A stretch of 21,692 bases of DNA from an uncultured virus (IMG/VR IMGVR_UViG_646564563_000001) (IMGVR_UViG_646564563_000001); one strand, 5' to 3'. Shown: positions 7,455 to 16,448, numbered from the stretch's first letter. Numbers and translations are program-made. Notes: generated from the letters alone by a model not told the origin.

Positions 7455-8383
7455 CAGAAGCTCCTCAGGGTCGCGGCCAGGCGCGGCGCGCGGCCTTGGA
7501 TTTTCGCGGCGATCACGTCGCGGTAGGCCCACGCGAGCCACAGGCCCCACAGCCCGATCACCGCGGCCGCAGCGCCGATCGCCCAAGGCTGCGCGGCGAT
7601 CCAGTCAGTGATGTCCGACATGCCGGTCGGAGCCGTGGCGCTGACGCCGGTGGCCGTGGTGCTGACACTCGCCAAGGCGACGGGCTTGGCCTTCTCGGCA
7701 GCATCGAGACGCCGTTGCAGGGTGGACAGGGTGGCCCGGCCGATCTTGCCATCGATCGTCAGACCGTGATCGGCCTGGAAGCGGCGGATCTCGGCCGCGG
7801 GAATGGCGAGGGAATCGAGCCCGACTTTGTAGCCGAGCTTTCCAAAGGCCGTCATCGCGTTCAGCTTTTCGTCGAAATTGAGCTTCAGCACCCATCTTGC
7901 AAGGCTGACCGAAGGACGGCCAATTTCCAGCAGCACCGGATATTCCGCATCGAACAGGATGCGCAGTTCCCGATCGCGCCGCTTGACCAGCCCGGGAAGC
8001 ACCTTGCCGCCACCCTTGTTCCACAGGCGGAATTTCTCGGAAATCGCCGCTTTTCCGGCCTTGCGCGCCCAAAGCGGCACCCACGACGCCTTCTGGATCG
8101 CCCCGGTGTTCCAATCGAACAGAACGCCCGCGTCGAATTCGTGCTGCTTGGCCCCGGTCATCACCAGGGCGACACGGGGCTCATACTTCGCGGCCAACGC
8201 TTTCTTGGTCAGATCGCGCGATTGCTGGGCGGTGATGACCATGCCAGCCTTCGGAGTAATGACGCCCGAGGCGGCAGTCAGGCCCGGCCCGATCGTCCAT
8301 TTGCCCGCGGGGCACCGATAGGCCCGCAGGACATTGCCTTCTTCGAGCTCAAGCGCCTCGACGCCTTTATCGCTGGTCTGCAT
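7454..8383 (-). CDS. Endolysin: GH24 lysozyme plus peptidoglycan-binding domain plus C-terminal hydrophobic tail, 309 aa
   Basis: E-x8-C-x5-T triad (EGNVLRAYRCPAGKWTIG), LPGLVKRRDRE, and FQADHGLTIDGKIGRAT. ATG at 8383 has a GGAG RBS. Confidence 0.93.
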   Translation of the reverse strand: MQTSDKGVEALELEEGNVLRAYRCPAGKWTIGPGLTAASGVITPKAGMVITAQQSRDLTKKALAAKYEPRVALVMTGAKQHEFDAGVLFDWNTGAIQKASWVPLWARKAGKAAISEKFRLWNKGGGKVLPGLVKRRDRELRILFDAEYPVLLEIGRPSVSLARWVLKLNFDEKLNAMTAFGKLGYKVGLDSLAIPAAEIRRFQADHGLTIDGKIGRATLSTLQRRLDAAEKAKPVALASVSTTATGVSATAPTGMSDITDWIAAQPWAIGAAAAVIGLWGLWLAWAYRDVIAAKIQGRAPRLAATLRSF

Positions 8384-8421
8384 TTCTTGCTCCGCGCGTT
8401 TTCCAACCTCTGGCACGCGCG

Positions 8422-8454
8422 CGAAAGCAAAACCCCCGGACACAGGTCCGGGGG
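8422..8454 (-). promoter_or_regulatory. Palindromic late-operon element, copy 1 (putative Mor/C site and/or terminator)
   Basis: Directly after the mor stop and upstream of the endolysin (Mu Plys position). 9-bp inverted repeat followed by UUUUGCUUU on the - strand. Confidence 0.7.
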
Positions 8455-8823
8455 TCAGTCGTCGGGAAAGAGGGGGAGCTGATCGGGCGGCCTGTTCGCC
8501 AGCCGCCTGACATGGCGCTGTGAGATCCCGAGCGTGGCGGCGATCTCGCGCCGCCCGCGCCCGGTGTCGGCCAGCCGCTGCACATCGAGACGGCGCATCC
8601 TGCTGCGGCCGTGGGGCACATAGAGCCGCTGCCCGGACAGGAAATGGCAGAGTTGCGCCGCGACACCCTCGCCCAGGACCTTCACCAGCTCGGCCGAGGG
8701 CTTGCGGCGCGGAAACTCGACTTCCTGCCCCCCGAAATGTTGCATGAGACTGAGGGCAACGCCAAGCCCAAAGGTTTCCGCCACATCGACAAGCGACTCG
8801 GGCACGTCAGGGCTGAGGGTCAT
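8455..8823 (-). CDS. mor: Mor/C family transcription activator, 122 aa
   Basis: FGGQEVEFP and SGQRLYVP motifs with a C-terminal HTH (REIAATLGISQRHVRR). Precedes the lysis genes. Confidence 0.85.
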   Translation of the reverse strand: MTLSPDVPESLVDVAETFGLGVALSLMQHFGGQEVEFPRRKPSAELVKVLGEGVAAQLCHFLSGQRLYVPHGRSRMRRLDVQRLADTGRGRREIAATLGISQRHVRRLANRPPDQLPLFPDD

Positions 8824-8871
8824 GATAATCTCCGGGGCGCGTGAGGGGAAAGCGTCAGGGGTAGGACCATT

Positions 8872-9549
8872 TTAGTCCGGTTCGTTGACAGAAAGTGAGA
8901 GGCAATTTTTCGCTCCGGCGACACCGTGCGAAAGTTCCACTCTCTCCCCGGCCGCAAGCCCCGCGAGCAGCGCCTTGCCGTTGCGCAGCTTGGCGGGCGC
9001 GGGACCCCTGACCGGCGTGCCGCCTGGAAACATCTGGTCCCGCGCCGACATGGCGAGGCTGCGCGCTTCGGACGATCTGACACCTTCAAACAGCGCCTCA
9101 AGCTTCATCTGCAGACGCCGCACCATGGCATGCGTGAAGTCCTGGACAGCGCGACGTTTGCTGTCGATCGACCGGCGGCGCTTGTAATTCTGCGAGCCCT
9201 TGTATTCGGCAATCGCACCATCAATCGCCCGGCCGAGCACGACGAAAAGATAAGCCGCAATCTCAGGGCCGGGTCCGGCTCCGACAAATGTTGCCCGACC
9301 AAACTCATAAATCAGCGCGGTGTTGGTGTTGCGGGCCAGCGTCCCCCAGAGCGGATCGCGCGCCCCGTTACCGTTCGTCTTCGACTTCGCCGAGGCCTTC
9401 CCGAACAGGACATCAGCTTCGGTCAACCCGTGTTCCTGCATCAGTTGCGCCGCTTTTTCGGCGGCGGCCATCGCTTCGGCTTCCGAACAACCGCGGGCTT
9501 TGGTCATTCCCAGAAGGGCGGCGATCCTGCGTTTAACGTCGTCGGCCAT
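8872..9549 (-). CDS. DUF2786-like protein, 225 aa
   Basis: N-terminal RIAALL...SEAEAMAAAEKAAQLMQEHGL signature. Confidence 0.8.
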   Translation of the reverse strand: MADDVKRRIAALLGMTKARGCSEAEAMAAAEKAAQLMQEHGLTEADVLFGKASAKSKTNGNGARDPLWGTLARNTNTALIYEFGRATFVGAGPGPEIAAYLFVVLGRAIDGAIAEYKGSQNYKRRRSIDSKRRAVQDFTHAMVRRLQMKLEALFEGVRSSEARSLAMSARDQMFPGGTPVRGPAPAKLRNGKALLAGLAAGERVELSHGVAGAKNCLSLSVNEPD

Positions 9550-9656
9550 CAGCGCAGCCCCCAGAACACGGCGGCGGTGACGACGATCATCGCGCCCGGG
9601 GCGGCGACGGTCAGCCAGTAATGGGCGCGCAGATAGTCAAGCACGAAGGTCATCAT
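9549..9656 (-). CDS. 35-aa membrane microprotein (MMTFVLDYLRAHYWLTVAAPGAMIVVTAAVFWGLR)
   Basis: Exactly fills the gap with ATGA and TGATG overlaps. GGAG RBS. Confidence 0.65.
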   Translation of the reverse strand: MMTFVLDYLRAHYWLTVAAPGAMIVVTAAVFWGLR

Positions 9657-10099
9657 TTCCGATCTCCCTCTCTGGGCAATTCGGTGGGGATGTTGTGGCG
9701 TTTGCACCAGGCCTGCAGGGCCTCGATCACGGTGCTGATCTGCTTGGCGTCGGTCATCCGGTCGATGTCGATCGGCACCGCGCCCCAGGCGGCGCCATAG
9801 CGCGACCGGATGAAGGCGTTCAGCCCCTTCGCGCCCGCCACATTCGCGACGCCCGCCTTGTGCAGCAGGCCCCAGAGGACATGGCAGTAGCGAACATCGC
9901 GGCGGGCGGCGGGGGCGCGCTTGCCGCCGGTCTTCTGGAAGCCCATGCGCTTCATCTCGTCAAGAACCGCAGTTTTCTGACGGTCCGTCATCAGCTTCAG
10001 CGAAGCCTTCCCGGTCACCCGCTCCAGCATGGCGCGGTAATCGTCCTCGGCCATGCCGATCTGGCCCTTGGCGATGTTGATCACGGTGTTCAGGTTCAT
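9653..10099 (-). CDS. gemA: GemA (Mu gp16/DUF1018) family protein, 148 aa
   Basis: INIAKGQIGMAEDDYRAMLERVTGKASLKLM and VIEALQAW. ATG at 10099 overlaps the upstream stop. Confidence 0.9.
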   Translation of the reverse strand: MNLNTVINIAKGQIGMAEDDYRAMLERVTGKASLKLMTDRQKTAVLDEMKRMGFQKTGGKRAPAARRDVRYCHVLWGLLHKAGVANVAGAKGLNAFIRSRYGAAWGAVPIDIDRMTDAKQISTVIEALQAWCKRHNIPTELPREGDRK

Positions 10100-10311
10100 T
10101 TCAGCCCCGCATGCGCTTTGAGGATCGCGACCTCGATGTCGTCGGCCCCGAAGTTCGTCTGAGCCGCCTCGATGTGAAACACAGCGCCCGTGCACATCGT
10201 CACCCGCAGCGCCCGAAAGCCGCTGGGCTTGGGAGTGGGCCCCGTGACCCACTCCATCGCCGCGACGAACTGCGGGTTGATATGCACCCCGAAGTCGGTC
10301 GAGATCATCAT
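10096..10311 (-). CDS. Small hypothetical protein, paralog of 3826..4050
   Basis: HINPQFVAAMEW motif. ATGA overlaps on both sides. Confidence 0.8.
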   Translation of the reverse strand: MMISTDFGVHINPQFVAAMEWVTGPTPKPSGFRALRVTMCTGAVFHIEAAQTNFGADDIEVAILKAHAGLK

Positions 10312-11192
10312 TTCAGGACACCGGCCCGGGCGCGCAGCACCTGCAGCAGCTGCGTCTGCCGCTCGATCGTCACGCCGTTCGGCGTCAGCGCGATGAAGCG
10401 CGCCTTGGCCTCGCCAACTTCCTTGCCGATCTCGTCAGCCACGACGGCCATCTGCTTGCCGCTCGCCAGACCTTCGACCAGCGCCAGATCGAGGCCCGCC
10501 GACCAGCCGCCGCGATAGCCGAGCTTGCCCAGGAACTCGGTCAGCTCGCGCCACCAAAGCGGCTTGGGCTCATCCTTTTGTGCGGACACGTCGGGCAGCG
10601 GGGCGATGGGCGCCACGAACGCCGCAACGGACTGCGTCGCCGCCTTTTTCTTCGCCCCAGACCAGGCCACATAGCGCCCGCGCAGCTTGGGCATGCTCAC
10701 GCCCAGCGTCGCGGCGACTTCCGCCATATTCGACCCGCCTTCGACGGCCAGGAAGGCATCAGCCCAATCCGCATCGCTCGGCTCGCCCCGCGGCGCGGCC
10801 ACCTCGGCAACGGCGGCCTCGACGGGCGGCGCGACCTCTTCGACGGCGATGTCTACCGCATCATCCGCGACCTCGGCGGGCTTCGACGCGATGATGGCTT
10901 CGAGCAGCTTGTCGGCATCCTCCGTGCCCAGCGGCTCGAATTCCGTGTCATAATCGTCCGCGACGGCCGGATGCTCCTCGATCTCGATCGTCACGCCGTG
11001 AAAATCGGGGGCCGAGTCGTTTTCCAGAAGCTCGTCTGGCTGGTCGGGTTCTCCGACGCGCAGGCTCTCAAGGTCATTCAGACCGTCAGCAACGGTCTCC
11101 GCAAGCGCGGCATCATAAAAGACCGCGACCGTGACCGGCCTCAGCGCGTAGAGCTCGACGCGACCGTCTTCGAGCTGGTTCGTGTAATACAT
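10308..11192 (-). CDS. Acidic protein with two HTH-like segments, 294 aa
   Basis: ATG at 11192 with GGAGG RBS. D/E-rich middle region. MAEVAATLGVSMPKLRGRY and MAVVADEIGKEVGEAKARF. Confidence 0.8.
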   Translation of the reverse strand: MYYTNQLEDGRVELYALRPVTVAVFYDAALAETVADGLNDLESLRVGEPDQPDELLENDSAPDFHGVTIEIEEHPAVADDYDTEFEPLGTEDADKLLEAIIASKPAEVADDAVDIAVEEVAPPVEAAVAEVAAPRGEPSDADWADAFLAVEGGSNMAEVAATLGVSMPKLRGRYVAWSGAKKKAATQSVAAFVAPIAPLPDVSAQKDEPKPLWWRELTEFLGKLGYRGGWSAGLDLALVEGLASGKQMAVVADEIGKEVGEAKARFIALTPNGVTIERQTQLLQVLRARAGVLK

Positions 11193-11202
11193 GCCATCCT
11201 CC

Positions 11203-11268
11203 GGCTGCTCATCAGGCCCCGGCCACCACGCCGGGACGACGCCCCCGGTTGTCCGGGGGCGTTTCGCG
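11203..11268 (-). ncRNA. Hammerhead ribozyme, type II topology
   Basis: GC-GAAAC, stem III (GCCCCCGG-acaa-CCGGGGGC), GUC, stem I (GUCCCGGC-guggug-GCCGGGGC), CUGAUGA-GC. All core nucleotides are present. Confidence 0.92.
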
Positions 11269-11544
11269 TCAGGATTTCTTCGGCTTCGCGGGCTTGAAGG
11301 CGAGATGCGCGCTGGCGGGGATCTCGACCTGTTCCCCGGTGGCCGGGTTGCGGCCCATGCGCGCCTTTTTCTGACGCTGTTCAAAGGAGCCGAAGCCCAT
11401 CAGGGTCACCTTCGACCCGGCTTCGGTCTGGGCGGTGATCACGCCCAGCGTGGCGTCCAGCATGTCCTTGACGTTGGTCTTGGCAAAACCGGTCTGGGCC
11501 GCGACTGCGTCGACCAGGTCGGATTTCGAGAAAGTCTTGCCCAT
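11269..11544 (-). CDS. hup: HU family DNA-binding protein, 91 aa
   Basis: KSDLVDAVA, VTLMGFGSF and GRNPATGEQVEIPA. AGGAGG RBS before ATG 11544. Confidence 0.95.
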   Translation of the reverse strand: MGKTFSKSDLVDAVAAQTGFAKTNVKDMLDATLGVITAQTEAGSKVTLMGFGSFEQRQKKARMGRNPATGEQVEIPASAHLAFKPAKPKKS

Positions 11545-11636
11545 GGGGGCCTCCTGTTTGGTTCGGTTGGTCTTCTGAGTGGGTCCGCGAGTGGCGGGGT
11601 AGGCCCGGCCGGAGTGGACGGCCGGTAAAAGCGTTG

Positions 11637-11873
11637 TCAGTGATGGCGATCGATCTCTTTTGCTTTGCGCAGCCACGCCTTGACGGCGGCGCGATCGCCT
11701 TCGGTGCAGCTCGCGGTGATCCGGCACAGCCGTGCCGTGTATGTGCCGCTGGAAAACCTGACGCTGCCGCCATAGCCCTGAAACACGTTCAGCAAGCTTT
11801 CGTCGGGCGCACCGTCCAAGCCGACGATCACCGCCTCCAGCACCTTCCCGCTATCTTGGTCCGCGCGCATCAC
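11637..11873 (-). CDS. Hypothetical protein, about 78 aa
   Basis: GTGA overlap with the gam stop; GGAGG RBS. Confidence 0.7.
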   Translation of the reverse strand: MMRADQDSGKVLEAVIVGLDGAPDESLLNVFQGYGGSVRFSSGTYTARLCRITASCTEGDRAAVKAWLRKAKEIDRHH

Positions 11874-12412
11874 ACCCCCTCCGGCAGTTCGGTCTCGAAC
11901 GGCTCCACGATGAAATCTTCGCCGTCGCTGCCGATCGTGACCCCGGCGATCGTCTTGGCGAGCTGGCGGTTGGCCAGCATCGCTTCCTTGTTCAGCTCTT
12001 CCTTGGTGCGAATGAACTGCGCTGCCAGACCCAGCTTCTTGATCGTGGCAAGCACCTCATCGACCTTGCGGATCGTCACTTTCGCGGGCCGCAGCTTCCA
12101 GCTGATCTCGCCCGTCGTGAAGCGCGCGAACTTGACCTTGTTGCCCCGCGTGAGCCGGTCGCGATTCACCTCGCAGAACATCTTCAGGCCTTCGGTCTTC
12201 GCCTCGATCTCGGCACGCAGCGGCTCGACCAGCGTCCCGTATTTTTCCTGCAGGGCCGCGATTTCGTCATTCAGATCCGCTTCGGCGCGGGCAATCTTCC
12301 GGTTCAGATCGCCGATCTCGCGAATGGCGCTGCGCGCCTCGCTGTCGTCTTGCGGGATCGGCAAAGCGCTCGCCTTGGTCTTGGTCTTCTTGGACCTGTT
12401 AGACACCGTCAT
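11870..12412 (-). CDS. gam: Mu Gam-like host-nuclease inhibitor, 180 aa
   Basis: Coiled coil, then FCEVNRDRLT, TGEISWK, IRTKEELNKEAM and EDFIVEP. Confidence 0.93.
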   Translation of the reverse strand: MTVSNRSKKTKTKASALPIPQDDSEARSAIREIGDLNRKIARAEADLNDEIAALQEKYGTLVEPLRAEIEAKTEGLKMFCEVNRDRLTRGNKVKFARFTTGEISWKLRPAKVTIRKVDEVLATIKKLGLAAQFIRTKEELNKEAMLANRQLAKTIAGVTIGSDGEDFIVEPFETELPEGV

Positions 12413-12764
12413 TTCCTTTCGTCGGGTTGATGGGGCAGGCCCGGCAGGCGCCCCAGTGCTTCAGCTTTTCGGGGTTCGAGGTGGACATCGGCGCGGTGGC
12501 GAAGGCCCGGCAGTCGTCGGCCGAGATGCCGCGGCGCAGGTGCGGGCACATCATCTGGGAGCGGTAGAGCTGCATCACGGCCGCGCCATGCTTGCGCGTC
12601 ACCAGATCGAGGCTCTTGGCCGGATAGGTGCCGTTGATCAGCATCGAGACGGAGGGCCGCTTCATGCCAACTTCGCGCGCGATCTGCGCGATCGGCTTGC
12701 CCTTGGCCGCTTCGGCCTTCAGCAGCTCGATCCATTCCGGGTTCGGCAGCGAGATCAGCGACAC
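12399..12764 (-). CDS. HTH protein with C-terminal Cys cluster, about 121 aa
   Basis: IAQIAREVGMKRPSVSMLINGTYP and CPHL...C...ACRACP. Confidence 0.85.
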   Translation of the reverse strand: MSLISLPNPEWIELLKAEAAKGKPIAQIAREVGMKRPSVSMLINGTYPAKSLDLVTRKHGAAVMQLYRSQMMCPHLRRGISADDCRAFATAPMSTSNPEKLKHWGACRACPINPTKGNDGV

Positions 12765-13345
12765 GGGATATCCTCCCCGGTGTTGAAATCGTGCACGATG
12801 CCCAGTTTCGAACGATGCAGCGGCGCCCGGGGTCCGGTGTTGCGATCCAGGCGAAACCGCTTCAGCCCATTCGACCCGGGCTTCGTGCCCTTCCGACGCC
12901 CGGGCAGCTCCGACACATACCCGGAGGATTTCAGGACGCGGATATAGCTCCCGGCGTTGGTCATCGCGTCGCGCTCGCCATCGACGGCATCGCAGACCAC
13001 ATCCGAGATCGTGAAGGTCCCGCGCAGCCGCATCGAGCGCCAGACGCGATCGCGAAACCCGTTCGTTTCGGGGCGCGACAGCACATTGCTAGAGGCATCG
13101 ACCGGGCCGCTGGTGATGACCTTGCCATCGGCAATGGCCTGTAACCCGCGGAAGGTGATCTTGTAGATCCCGGGCCGATCGCGGGAGATATAACCGCGAT
13201 CGACCAGCGACGCCGCCGCTTTCGACACCCGCTTCGGGGACACCTCCAGCGCAAGGGCGATCTGGATCGTCGGTGCCGTCAGCGGAAGCGCAAGGTGCTG
13301 CAGCACCTTCATCTGCAGCTCTCCGGGGCCAAAGCTCGCCATCAC
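12755..13345 (-). CDS. Tandem winged-helix DNA-binding protein, about 196 aa
   Basis: Two wHTH-like units and a RNTGPRAP motif. Follows B, as in other Mu-like phages. Confidence 0.8.
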   Translation of the reverse strand: MMASFGPGELQMKVLQHLALPLTAPTIQIALALEVSPKRVSKAAASLVDRGYISRDRPGIYKITFRGLQAIADGKVITSGPVDASSNVLSRPETNGFRDRVWRSMRLRGTFTISDVVCDAVDGERDAMTNAGSYIRVLKSSGYVSELPGRRKGTKPGSNGLKRFRLDRNTGPRAPLHRSKLGIVHDFNTGEDIPCR

Positions 13346-14115
13346 GCCGCCACCGTCACGATGATTTCCTTGCCGTTCGTGCGGTCGGTCATGATCGGCT
13401 GACCGGCCATGTCGGCCAGCGTCACACCGTCATCGTCGATCTCGGCGCGCAGGCCGAACCGTTCGATATGCGCGATCGCGTCCAGGATTTCCCGGTTGAA
13501 GCCCTTCGAGGCCCGCCAGACATACTGGATCAGCTCCTCGGCGACCGGCACCTCGCACCGCTCGCGAATGATGGCCCGGGCGTCGTCGATCGTGGCGGGG
13601 GTGAACGCGACCTTGTTCGGTGCCCGGCTCTCGATCTGCGGAAAGCGGCGCAGGTTGTCGCGCAGCGTTCCCATGCCGACAAGGATCGTCGGCAAGAACT
13701 TCAGGTCGGAAATACCGCGGATCGCCTCCATGATCTCGCCGCGCGACGACACCAGGTCGCATTCGTCGATCACGATGCCGAAGGTCCGATCCCGCAGCGC
13801 CGCCCGATCGGCCCGGTCTTGAAGCTCGCTCAGGACACGCGCGAACCGATCCCGCTTGCCGCGGATGCTCTTCGGGTCTACCGACAGTTCGGCCAGAAGC
13901 TCCTGGATGAACCAGCCGTAATCCCAGCCCTTCTGCGCCCGCAGATAGACGCTGCCAGTCTGGGTGACCCAGCGATTGAGCGTCGTGGTCTTGCCAAGGC
14001 CCGGCTTGCCATCGACAACGACCATGCAGGCCTCTTCGGCGCCGCGTTCGTTGAGCTTCTTAAGCGAGGCGTAGAATTCGCGGACGTTGCTCGTCTCGAC
14101 AAAAACGTTTCTCAT
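13342..14115 (-). CDS. MuB-like transposition AAA+ ATPase, about 257 aa
   Basis: Walker A GKPGLGKT and Walker B IVIDE. Start 14115 is preferred because of its GGGAG RBS; 14130 is the alternative. Confidence 0.93.
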   Translation of the reverse strand: MRNVFVETSNVREFYASLKKLNERGAEEACMVVVDGKPGLGKTTTLNRWVTQTGSVYLRAQKGWDYGWFIQELLAELSVDPKSIRGKRDRFARVLSELQDRADRAALRDRTFGIVIDECDLVSSRGEIMEAIRGISDLKFLPTILVGMGTLRDNLRRFPQIESRAPNKVAFTPATIDDARAIIRERCEVPVAEELIQYVWRASKGFNREILDAIAHIERFGLRAEIDDDGVTLADMAGQPIMTDRTNGKEIIVTVAA

Positions 14116-14147
14116 GTTATGCTCCCTCATCTTCCCAGTGAAGTTCG

Positions 14148-16448
14148 TCAGGCAACGGCGCGGAGGAGGTTTCGCAGCGCCTCCAAGTCGATGCCTGACA
14201 TTCGAAACAGCTCCCGCGCGGTCGAGCTGTTCAGGCAGCCCCGCAAAACGGCGATCTGGTTAGGTTTCAGTTCTTCCGGATGCTCCAGCGCCCAGGCGGC
14301 GAGCGCCTCGTCCGAAGCGAAGGTCCGACGCTTCGCAGCGGGTGCCGATGCAGCTTCGACGGGCGCAATGCTGACGGTGCTCGGCGCGGTGATCGTCACC
14401 ATCTCGGCCGCAGGCGCATCGAACATTCCTGCGGGGATGTTCTGAGCCCGCAGATCGACCAGCTGCTGCCCCGCGCGCTCGGCTTCAACGGCCGCGACCT
14501 TGCGTTCCAGCCGCTTCAGCTGACCCTTGGCGCGGTTTTCGATGGCCTGCTGCTCATAGCTGACCGGGAAATAGCGCTCGGCATTCGCCATGAAGCGGGC
14601 AACGCAGATCAGTTTGCCGGGCTGCCCGGTTTCCTTGTCGAACTCGCGCACCCAGACCCGATCGGCCTGGTGATAGTCGTAACCGACCATCACCTTCGGC
14701 TCGTGATAGGGGGCAAGCGCGTGATCGAAATACTGGTTGGTGTTCCACAGCACCTCGCCGCGCCGTGTGGTACGGATCTCGTAGGGGCGGAAAAGATCGT
14801 CGGCCTCGGCCGGATCGACCGTCACGGGCTCGAAACCGCGCACCACATGGGCCTCCCAGCACTCGTTGGGCGACATGTGGCGCAGCTTGCCCGTCTCCGG
14901 GTCGCGGATCTGCGGCAGGCTGCTGTGCGGCTTGGCGTTGTATTCGGCGACCATGTCCTCGCACAGCTTCACGAACTCCGCCCAGGTCGGCAGGTTGCGC
15001 GACCGGCCGTATTCGCGGATCTCGCGACGGGTCAGCTTGTGGATCTTGTCGCCAGCCTCCTTGTCCATGTCGGTGCCGATGTAGGTCGGCAGGCGCTTGG
15101 CAAGCCGGTCCCAGATCGTGTGCTGAATGCGCTCGATGCGCCCCTTTGCCTGCGACCCATAGGGCGCGGCATGGGCCTTCGTGATGCCCAGCCGCCCCAT
15201 CAGGCCGGACACGTCAGCATCCATCGCCTCGTTGCGATAGCCGGGGCCGCGGTCCACATAGAAGATCGCGCAGATCCCGTGCGAGACGCAGGACCGCCGC
15301 AGCGCCTCGGCCACGGACTTCTGATTTTCCGACCGGCCAAGCGAAATGCCAACCACCTTGCGCGTCACCAGATCCATGACCGTGGTGATTTCGGGCCGGA
15401 TCGCATTGTGGCTGACCGGGTCCTCGATCTCGGCGTCGAAGGTCTTGCCGTCGGCGGTGTAAACCGTGGTCGGCCACATGTCGTCGGTGGTGCGGGTGAC
15501 ATAGGGCAGGCGCGAGCGCAGTGTCAGCATGCCTTCGCGGCCGACGTGCTTCTCGATGTTGTTCATCCGCACCCGCAGGATGTATTCGACCTGCGACAGC
15601 GTCAGCGTCATCAGCTGCACACCGTCTTTCGCCGCGGCTTCCTTGAGATATTCGCGATAGGCATCGGCGATCGACGGCTTGCTGGGCATAGCATAGTGCC
15701 GAAGGAAGTCCGCGAAGGCGGGCGGGATCGGCATTTCCTCTTTCGTCGCCGCAGGGGCCAGCGCCACGACGCCCTTTTCGTCGCGAGTCTTGAACCAGTC
15801 ATAGATCGCGCTGCGACCGACAGAGGGCTTGCCGCGGCGGTCATTCGCCACCACGATCCGCTCCGGGTCAATCATGAACCCGGTCTTCAGAAGCAGCGGC
15901 CGCGCCAGGCTGGCGATCTCGCGATCCGTCAGGATTTCCCCGCAATCCCGCCGCGCCTCGATTTCCTGACGCACGACCATCGCGGCCTGTGCGTTCAGGA
16001 ACTGCGCCACGCCCCAGGCACGGCCCATCCCCTGCGAAATCGCATAGCCCTCGATCGCCTTCAGGATCTCGGCACGGGCTTCCATCACATTGCGGGCGCG
16101 GGCGGGCAGCGTGCTGGCCTTCAGCGCCGCGATCCGGCGATCATCCGCCGAGTGCTCGGCCTCCAGACGGGCTTTGAGGCCAGCAGTGATCAGACTGCCC
16201 TCATAGGCCAGCCGCAGCGGCTCCGGCATCAGGCTGATGTGGTACTCCATCCCGCCGCCGCCGACCTTTCCGGGGCGCTTGCGGGCCAGATTTTTTCCAA
16301 GCTCATTCCATCCATTGCGCGCGGCATAATCTCTGGCGCCGCGCTCGGCTTGCGGAAAGCACGTCAGTCCGCGCGCTTTGGAGATCTCAGCCAGCTCGCG
16401 TGCCGTGAAGAAGGTCTGAGGTGCGGAAGTCGTCACAAGGTCTTTCAA
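14148..16448 (-). CDS. MuA-like DDE transposase, 766 aa
   Basis: N-terminal Mu DNA-binding domain (FTARELAE...GGGMEYH). Catalytic motifs TADGKT, YVDRGPGY and KGRIER; YNAKPHSSL. TTG start overlaps the upstream stop. Confidence 0.96.
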   Translation of the reverse strand: MKDLVTTSAPQTFFTARELAEISKARGLTCFPQAERGARDYAARNGWNELGKNLARKRPGKVGGGGMEYHISLMPEPLRLAYEGSLITAGLKARLEAEHSADDRRIAALKASTLPARARNVMEARAEILKAIEGYAISQGMGRAWGVAQFLNAQAAMVVRQEIEARRDCGEILTDREIASLARPLLLKTGFMIDPERIVVANDRRGKPSVGRSAIYDWFKTRDEKGVVALAPAATKEEMPIPPAFADFLRHYAMPSKPSIADAYREYLKEAAAKDGVQLMTLTLSQVEYILRVRMNNIEKHVGREGMLTLRSRLPYVTRTTDDMWPTTVYTADGKTFDAEIEDPVSHNAIRPEITTVMDLVTRKVVGISLGRSENQKSVAEALRRSCVSHGICAIFYVDRGPGYRNEAMDADVSGLMGRLGITKAHAAPYGSQAKGRIERIQHTIWDRLAKRLPTYIGTDMDKEAGDKIHKLTRREIREYGRSRNLPTWAEFVKLCEDMVAEYNAKPHSSLPQIRDPETGKLRHMSPNECWEAHVVRGFEPVTVDPAEADDLFRPYEIRTTRRGEVLWNTNQYFDHALAPYHEPKVMVGYDYHQADRVWVREFDKETGQPGKLICVARFMANAERYFPVSYEQQAIENRAKGQLKRLERKVAAVEAERAGQQLVDLRAQNIPAGMFDAPAAEMVTITAPSTVSIAPVEAASAPAAKRRTFASDEALAAWALEHPEELKPNQIAVLRGCLNSSTARELFRMSGIDLEALRNLLRAVA

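Noticed and set aside
8384..8443. Extended N-termini given by the ORF track for endolysin (also HU, Ner, GemA, holin and 10308..11384)
   Set aside because: Internal ATGs have better SD sequences or coupling, and the extensions overlap regulatory elements or other genes.
11241..11260. CCCCCGG hairpin resembling the late palindrome, or a terminator
   Set aside because: Different spacing and no U-tract. It is explained as stem III of the hammerhead.
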